From: Clavibacter sp. | GTDB lineage: Bacteria > Actinomycetota > Actinomycetes > Nanopelagicales > Nanopelagicaceae | Length of the DNA: 64,000 nt | Direction: 5' to 3' | NCBI GenBank assembly: GCA_003569145.1 | Contig: BGOH01000006.1 | Location: 19,129 to 83,128, forward strand | In this document: in pieces, positions 57,540-64,000 of the stretch | How positions within the stretch are numbered: the first letter of the stretch is position 1 | Layout: every line of letters starts with the position of its first letter | The notes under the pieces: model-generated | Database searches by the model: none | Told to the model about the DNA's origin: nothing | What the model saw: only the letters and a program-made list of their open reading frames with translations | Made by a program: the position numbers and the translations under genes

Positions 57540-58766
57540 ATGGACACAATAACTCGTAGACAATTTCTAAAGGCAACAGGCGCTGGAGCAATAGGCGCTG
57601 CTGCTATGAGTCTTTCAATCGAGGAGATTGCAAATGCAGCCATTACAAGGCCGCTGCCGCTTGGAACTCCAATACTTGTTGTGGTCACGCTCTATGGCGG
57701 CAATGATGGGTTAAATACTGTTGTTCCAGTTAATGATCCGATTTATCAATCACTTCGCCCAGGTATTGCATATAAACCAGAGGATGTTCTCCCACTTGGA
57801 GAGAACCTATATCTCAATGGATCAATGAGCGGGATGCATTCACTTTGGAATAAGAATCAAGTAGCAATTGTGCGCGGCGTTGGCTATCCAAACTCTGATC
57901 GTTCTCACTTTTCATCTATGGCGATCTGGCAATCGGCAATCATTGGAGCTGCTAAAACCGGATGGCTAGGAAGATGGGTTGAGAGCCAACCAGAGGATCC
58001 ATTTCTTGCAATTAGCCTTGGATCAATACTTCCGCCCCTTCTTGCTGGAAGTAAGAGATCAGGTTCAGTTCTTCCACTTGGCGGCTTACAAGTTCCAAAC
58101 GGATCACTTGCTAGCGATTGCATAAAGCTTGCGATTGAGAGTCGCAGCGATAATTTGCTTCAAGCAATGGCTGCAAAAACTATGCGAAATCTCTTTACCG
58201 TCTCCTCAGATATCACGCCAATTCTAAAATCACCTGCCCCAGCGGCGCCAGATCTACCAACAACGATAGGTGGAAATGCTGGAGGGGATACAAATTTAAG
58301 TCAGCAGTTAGATATTGTGGCAAAGCTTGTATCTGCTGGTGCTCCAACGAGGGTCTGGTCAGTTTCACTCGGTGGTTTTGATACTCACGCAGATGAAAAG
58401 GGATCTCAAGCAATTCTTCTTGGAGTTGTGAGCCAAGGAATTTCTAAATTTATGTCGCAGATGAGAGCTACAAATAGAGCAAAAGATGTTGTGGTTCTGG
58501 TCTATAGCGAATTTGGTAGAAGAGTTCGCGGTAATGCATCAGATGGAACAGATCACGGCACCTCAGGCCCAGTCTTTCTTCTAGGCGAGCGGGTCAAAGG
58601 TGGTTTCTATGGCGAGCAACCATCACTAAATAACTTGAAAAATGATGACTTAGCTGTCACTACTGATTTTAGAGATATCTACGCCAGTGTTTTAGAGAAA
58701 GTTCTTTCAACCCCTGCCGAGAAAATACTTGGCAATTGGAAGGGTCGCACTCCGCTCTTTAACTAG
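57540..58766 (+). CDS. DUF1501-family protein with a twin-arginine signal (sulfatase/alkaline-phosphatase-like fold, function unknown)
   Basis: The 408-aa ORF has a Tat motif (TRRQFLKATGAGAIGAAA) and the conserved blocks GGNDGLN, DTHA and SEFGRR..N...GTDHG. Confidence 0.72.
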   Translation: MDTITRRQFLKATGAGAIGAAAMSLSIEEIANAAITRPLPLGTPILVVVTLYGGNDGLNTVVPVNDPIYQSLRPGIAYKPEDVLPLGENLYLNGSMSGMHSLWNKNQVAIVRGVGYPNSDRSHFSSMAIWQSAIIGAAKTGWLGRWVESQPEDPFLAISLGSILPPLLAGSKRSGSVLPLGGLQVPNGSLASDCIKLAIESRSDNLLQAMAAKTMRNLFTVSSDITPILKSPAPAAPDLPTTIGGNAGGDTNLSQQLDIVAKLVSAGAPTRVWSVSLGGFDTHADEKGSQAILLGVVSQGISKFMSQMRATNRAKDVVVLVYSEFGRRVRGNASDGTDHGTSGPVFLLGERVKGGFYGEQPSLNNLKNDDLAVTTDFRDIYASVLEKVLSTPAEKILGNWKGRTPLFN

Positions 58767-58782
58767 TCGGTAATATGACTAA

Positions 58783-59241
58783 GTGTTAATTCAATCGCCA
58801 GAGCAGATGCGAGATTTTGGTATCTCGCTATCTAAGAAATTTAGAGCTGGTGATGTCATTGTTCTTAAAGGCGATCTTGGGGCAGGAAAGACAGCTCTAG
58901 CATCAGGAATTGGTATTGGGCTTGGGATAGAGGGAGTTAGCTCGCCTACCTTTATTATTTCAAGGGTTCATAAAGCAAAGGTGCCCTTAATTCATATCGA
59001 TGCCTATCGCCTCTTATTAAGTAGTGCTAAAGGTTTTGAATTTGATGATTTAGATATCGCAACCTCAAAAGATCACGCAATAACAGTTATTGAGTGGGGC
59101 GAAGGCCTAGTTAATCGGCTAAGTGATGAGTATCTAGTAATTGATATTGCTTTTGGCGCAGATGAAAATGAAAGATTACTAAGCGCTACAGTATCGGGCC
59201 AAGATGGGCTGGATTTAGCCTATGAACTACCTAGTAATTGA
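58783..59241 (+). CDS. tsaE: tRNA t6A37 biosynthesis ATPase TsaE
   Basis: The 152-aa ORF starts with GTG and contains GDLGAGKT and SPTF. Confidence 0.9.
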   Translation: MLIQSPEQMRDFGISLSKKFRAGDVIVLKGDLGAGKTALASGIGIGLGIEGVSSPTFIISRVHKAKVPLIHIDAYRLLLSSAKGFEFDDLDIATSKDHAITVIEWGEGLVNRLSDEYLVIDIAFGADENERLLSATVSGQDGLDLAYELPSN

Positions 59242-59776
59242 TACTGCAACAGATCGCAGCTCACTAGCCCTTTTTAATAATAACGAATTGATCTATTCAG
59301 GTTTTCATGATGGGGCAACCGAGCATGCAGAGGCGCTACCAAAACTTCTTAAAGAGTGTTTAAGTGTTGAGAGCCAAGTGGATCAAGTAGTTGTTGGTAT
59401 GGGGCCAGGGCCATATACCGGACTTAGAGTTGGAATTATCTTTGCTATGAGCTTTGCAAACGCTAGGCAGATTCCCTGGATTGGGGTCTGCTCACTTGAT
59501 GGAATAGATATTGACTCAGATTCATATCTTGTGGCAACTGATGCTAGACGAAAAGAAATTTACTTCGCTCGTTATCAGGATGGTATTCGAACCCAGGGAC
59601 CATCAGTCTGCGCGCCAAGTGAGATTAAAGATTTAGATATCAAGAAGTTTGGTTTTGGATTTGGCGATCCCCTCTATCCCTCAATGGCTCTTCTCCTTGC
59701 TAAATCTAAGACACAAGATGTTAAGCAGCCTTTTTATTTGAGGCGACCTGATGCGATTGAAAGTAGCGCAAGATGA
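59222..59776 (+). CDS. tsaB: tRNA t6A37 biosynthesis protein TsaB
   Basis: The 184-aa ORF reads LVIDTAT... and contains GPGPYTGLRVG. Confidence 0.9.
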   Translation: MNYLVIDTATDRSSLALFNNNELIYSGFHDGATEHAEALPKLLKECLSVESQVDQVVVGMGPGPYTGLRVGIIFAMSFANARQIPWIGVCSLDGIDIDSDSYLVATDARRKEIYFARYQDGIRTQGPSVCAPSEIKDLDIKKFGFGFGDPLYPSMALLLAKSKTQDVKQPFYLRRPDAIESSAR

Positions 59777-60225
59777 AGGCCACCTTTCGCCAGATGATTT
59801 CTTTAGATATTCCACTTCTTGTCTCAATGGAGCGCGAGATATATCCAGAGAGTCCCTGGAGCGCTAATCAATTTAAAGAAGAGTTAGCTGGGATGCCAAA
59901 GACGAGAGAGTATTTAGTAGCGCTAGATGAGATAGAAGTTGTTGGTTATGGCGGAGTTGCCCTACTTGGTGATGTGGCAGATATTCACACGCTAACTATT
60001 AAGCAGAGCCATAGAAGGCTTGGTATTGCCTCAAGCATGCTAGAAAAACTTGAAACTTGGGCAATTCAGCGCGGCGCAAAAGCGCTAATGCTTGAGATGC
60101 GTGAGGGCAATGAAGCTGCGATGAGCCTCTATCAAAAGGCTGGATATCAACTGATTTCACGGCGTGATAATTACTATGCCAAGGGCATTCACGCGCTAAT
60201 CATGCGAAAAGAGGTGGAGCAATAG
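59773..60225 (+). CDS. rimI: Ribosomal-protein-alanine N-acetyltransferase (GNAT)
   Basis: The 150-aa ORF has the GNAT motif RRLGIASSML and sits at the syntenic position between tsaB and tsaD. Confidence 0.85.
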   Translation: MKATFRQMISLDIPLLVSMEREIYPESPWSANQFKEELAGMPKTREYLVALDEIEVVGYGGVALLGDVADIHTLTIKQSHRRLGIASSMLEKLETWAIQRGAKALMLEMREGNEAAMSLYQKAGYQLISRRDNYYAKGIHALIMRKEVEQ

Positions 60226-61260
60226 ATGAGCGAGCCTTTAGTCCTTGGTATTGAGAGCTCCTGTGATGAGACCGCGATTGGAATTGTTAGAGGGAGAAAA
60301 CTTCTAGCAAATGTCATCTCATCAAGTGTTGATGAGCATGCAAGATTTGGTGGGGTAGTTCCAGAGGTTGCCTCAAGGGCTCATCTAGAGGCGATGCAAC
60401 CTGCAATTACTCAAGCTTTAAATGAATCTGGAGTGAAGCTAAAAGATCTTGATGGCATTGCAGTTACTGCAGGACCAGGTCTAGTTGGCACTCTTCTTCT
60501 AGGCATTTCAACTGCTAACGCTCTCTCACTCGCTCTTGATAAACCACTCTATGGAGTCAATCACTTAGCGGCCCATATTGCTGTTGATCTATTAACTGAT
60601 GATAGAAAAATTAGCCCTGCAATTGCTCTGCTAGTTAGCGGGGGACACTCATCAATATTGCAAGTAAATGATTTAACTAAAGATATAAAACCACTTGGAA
60701 GAACTCTTGATGATGCAGCAGGTGAGGCCTTTGATAAAGTGGCGCGCCTGCTTAACCTAGGTTTTCCGGGTGGTCCATTAATTGATAGAGATGCAAAAGA
60801 TGGGCGAGGTGATGCAATTAATTTTCCTCGCGGCCTTAACCAAGCAAAAGATATGGCAGAGCATCGATTTGATTTCTCATTCTCTGGTCTTAAGACTGCA
60901 GTTTCAAGATATTTAGTAGCTAATCCTTCCTATAACCGCTCTGATGTCTCTGCCTCTTTTCAAGAAGCAGTTGTTGATGTCTTACTCGATAAGGCGGTTA
61001 AGGCCTGCCTATCAAGCGGAATCCAAACCTTGATAATTGCTGGAGGGGTTGGGGCAAACTCTCGCCTTAGAAGCCTTGCAGCTTCCAGATGCGAGAAGGC
61101 AGGCCTTGAGCTTCGAAGCCCCCCTGCCAATCTCTGCACCGATAATGGGGCGATGGTGGCTGCCCTTGGCTCCCTTGCCATCTCAAGCGGGATTGAGCCT
61201 TCAAAGCTTGGTATCCAGGTCGCCTCTGAGATCAGCCCTTCGGTAGCTATCTGGGCCTAG
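60226..61260 (+). CDS. tsaD: tRNA N6-adenosine threonylcarbamoyltransferase TsaD
   Basis: The 344-aa ORF contains [17 protein letters not shown] and SGGHS. Confidence 0.96.
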   Translation: MSEPLVLGIESSCDETAIGIVRGRKLLANVISSSVDEHARFGGVVPEVASRAHLEAMQPAITQALNESGVKLKDLDGIAVTAGPGLVGTLLLGISTANALSLALDKPLYGVNHLAAHIAVDLLTDDRKISPAIALLVSGGHSSILQVNDLTKDIKPLGRTLDDAAGEAFDKVARLLNLGFPGGPLIDRDAKDGRGDAINFPRGLNQAKDMAEHRFDFSFSGLKTAVSRYLVANPSYNRSDVSASFQEAVVDVLLDKAVKACLSSGIQTLIIAGGVGANSRLRSLAASRCEKAGLELRSPPANLCTDNGAMVAALGSLAISSGIEPSKLGIQVASEISPSVAIWA

Positions 61261-61271
61261 AGCCTGCGGAT

Positions 61272-61300
61272 TTGAGAACGGGAATAGAGGCCTCTAGGCT
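61272..61300 (+). promoter_or_regulatory. Candidate groESL promoter
   Basis: TTGAGA, 17 nt and TAGGCT lie immediately upstream of the CIRCE element. Confidence 0.4.
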
Positions 61301-61305
61301 TGGCG

Positions 61306-61332
61306 TTAGCACTCAGCGGGTGAGAGTGATAA
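61306..61332 (+). promoter_or_regulatory. CIRCE element (HrcA operator)
   Basis: The site reads TTAGCACTC-N9-GAGTGATAA. This is one mismatch from the consensus TTAGCACTC-N9-GAGTGCTAA, and it lies 46 nt upstream of groES. Confidence 0.9.
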
Positions 61333-61377
61333 AACACCCGAAGTAGGAAAAAACTCGATGAAGAAGGAGCAATAACG

Positions 61378-61671
61378 ATGGCCATTGCCATTAAGCCGCT
61401 TGAAGATCGTATCGTTATCAAAATTAACGAAGCTGAAGAGAAGACCGCATCAGGTCTAGTTATTCCAGATACTGCAAAAGAGAAGCCACAAGAGGGCACA
61501 GTAGTTGCAGTTGGTCCAGGACGATTTGATGATGGAGTTCGCGTGCCAATGGATATCAAAGTTGGCGATGTAGTTCTCTATAGCAAATACGGTGGAACTG
61601 AAATCAAGCACGGTGGCGAGGAATATTTAGTTCTCTCAGCCCGTGACATTCTTGCAGTAATCGCGAAGTAA
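61378..61671 (+). CDS. groES: Co-chaperonin GroES
   Basis: The 97-aa ORF reads [11 protein letters not shown]... Confidence 0.98.
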   Translation: MAIAIKPLEDRIVIKINEAEEKTASGLVIPDTAKEKPQEGTVVAVGPGRFDDGVRVPMDIKVGDVVLYSKYGGTEIKHGGEEYLVLSARDILAVIAK

Positions 61672-61692
61672 TTAAAGAAGAAGAGAAGATAA

Positions 61693-63333
<1,641 letters not shown>

Positions 63334-63355
63334 TTTAAGTGATAAAAAGAGTAAG

Positions 63356-63395
63356 GAAAGAGCCTTGATGGAAAACATCAGGGCTCTTTCTCTAT
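63356..63395 (+). terminator. Terminator stem-loop after groEL
   Basis: A 15-bp stem pairs GAAAGAGCCTTGATG with CATCAGGGCTCTTTC (one G-U pair) around a 5-nt loop. The T-tract is weak (TCTAT). Confidence 0.7.
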
Positions 63396-63407
63396 AAACT
63401 CACCGCC

Positions 63408-64000
63408 ATGGTTAGCGAATCTCTCAATATCTCAACCCATATCTGGGCGATAACTCTTGGTGTAATTTTCTTGGTAACCCTGGGAGATTTGATCTGGGCT
63501 TGGTTTAGGCGAAACACAATTACCACTCTAAAAGAGGCGGCGATTTGGACCGGAATTTATGTCTCAGCTGCCATTGCCTTTGGAATCTCACTGCGCAGTT
63601 GGGGCGGGCAGACCAAGTCAGCTGAGTTTTTTGCTGGCTGGATAACAGAGTATTCACTATCAATCGATAATCTCTTTGTATTTCTTATTATTTTAGCAAG
63701 GCTAAAGATTGAAAGAGAGAAAGAGCAACTAGTTCTTCTGCTAGGCATCTTGATGGCTCTTGTAATGCGCGGAATATTCATAGTTATTGGCGCCGCCGTT
63801 GTTGAAAGATTTGTCGCCGTATTCTTCTTCTTTGGCGCAATCTTGATTTGGACTGCATATAAGTTAATTACCGAAGATCCAGAGCGAAGATGAGTGGCAA
63901 GAAAATCGAGTAATTACTGCTCTTAGAAAGCGCGGTTATTCCACATTCACCATCGCACTAGTTGCTCTTGGAACCACTGATCTACTCTTTGCTCTTGACT
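63408..64000 (+). pseudogene. TerC-family integral membrane protein, frame broken by one extra nucleotide within 63868-63890; the 3' end lies outside the window
   Basis: The TerC blocks EY.LS.DN.FVF and GAAVVERF are present. After ...KLITED the protein continues in the +1 frame (..SEDEWQENRVITALRK...TDLLFALD) to the window edge. Confidence 0.75.

Noticed and set aside
63334-63407. A possible yybP-ykoY (Mn2+) or other riboswitch upstream of the TerC-family gene.
   Set aside because: The spacer is only 74 nt and is almost fully occupied by the groEL terminator hairpin. There is no room for a riboswitch aptamer.

Overview
The gene order and protein signatures indicate a low-G+C actinobacterial chromosome segment. 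EF-Tu, rpsL, a long Ala/Lys-tailed L22, the alr-tsaEBD-rimI-groESL order and a His-rich GroEL tail resemble freshwater Nanopelagicales/acI-like Actinomycetota, but the taxon cannot be verified here. The backbone is almost entirely housekeeping. It runs from the 3' end of rpoC through the str (rpsL-rpsG-fusA-tuf), S10, spc and alpha ribosomal-protein operons, with secY-adk-map and infA-rpmJ. It continues through truA, an ABC-F ATPase, rplM-rpsI-glmM-glmS, alr, tsaE-tsaB-rimI-tsaD and CIRCE-controlled groES-groEL, and ends in a partial TerC gene. Three accessory blocks interrupt conserved junctions. (i) At 1.9-8.0 kb, between rpoC and rpsL, lie an ACAD10/11-like acyl-CoA dehydrogenase + APH-fold kinase + Zn-ADH operon with a divergent SDR, then deoD, a hemolysin-III/PAQR protein and a VapBC toxin-antitoxin pair. 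(ii) At 24.6-37.6 kb, between map and infA, lies a 13-kb FadR/GntR-controlled sugar or organosulfonate island. It encodes a Gfo/Idh/MocA oxidoreductase, a FucI-like isomerase, a CUT1 ABC importer, a PfkB kinase, a split UxaA/SuyAB-like lyase, two 2-hydroxyacid dehydrogenases and a YeiH/PSE exporter. (iii) At 49.8-58.8 kb, between alr and tsaE, lie a Liv-type amino-acid ABC importer, a secreted alpha/beta hydrolase and a DUF1800/DUF1501 pair. I saw no tRNA, rRNA, CRISPR, transposase or integrase. Nine genes are broken by single-nucleotide indels at short homopolymers: fusA, rplD, an M24-fold protein, ABC-F, glmM, a PAP2 phosphatase, alr, the secreted hydrolase and terC. Because several of these are essential, the breaks most likely reflect sequence error rather than gene decay. 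The best candidate for something new is the SuyAB/ComC/SuyZ-like module at 33.1-37.6 kb. Read as a sulfolactate-type desulfonation unit fused to a sugar-uptake operon, it would be an undescribed pathway layout, but an ordinary oxidative sugar-acid route is a serious alternative.
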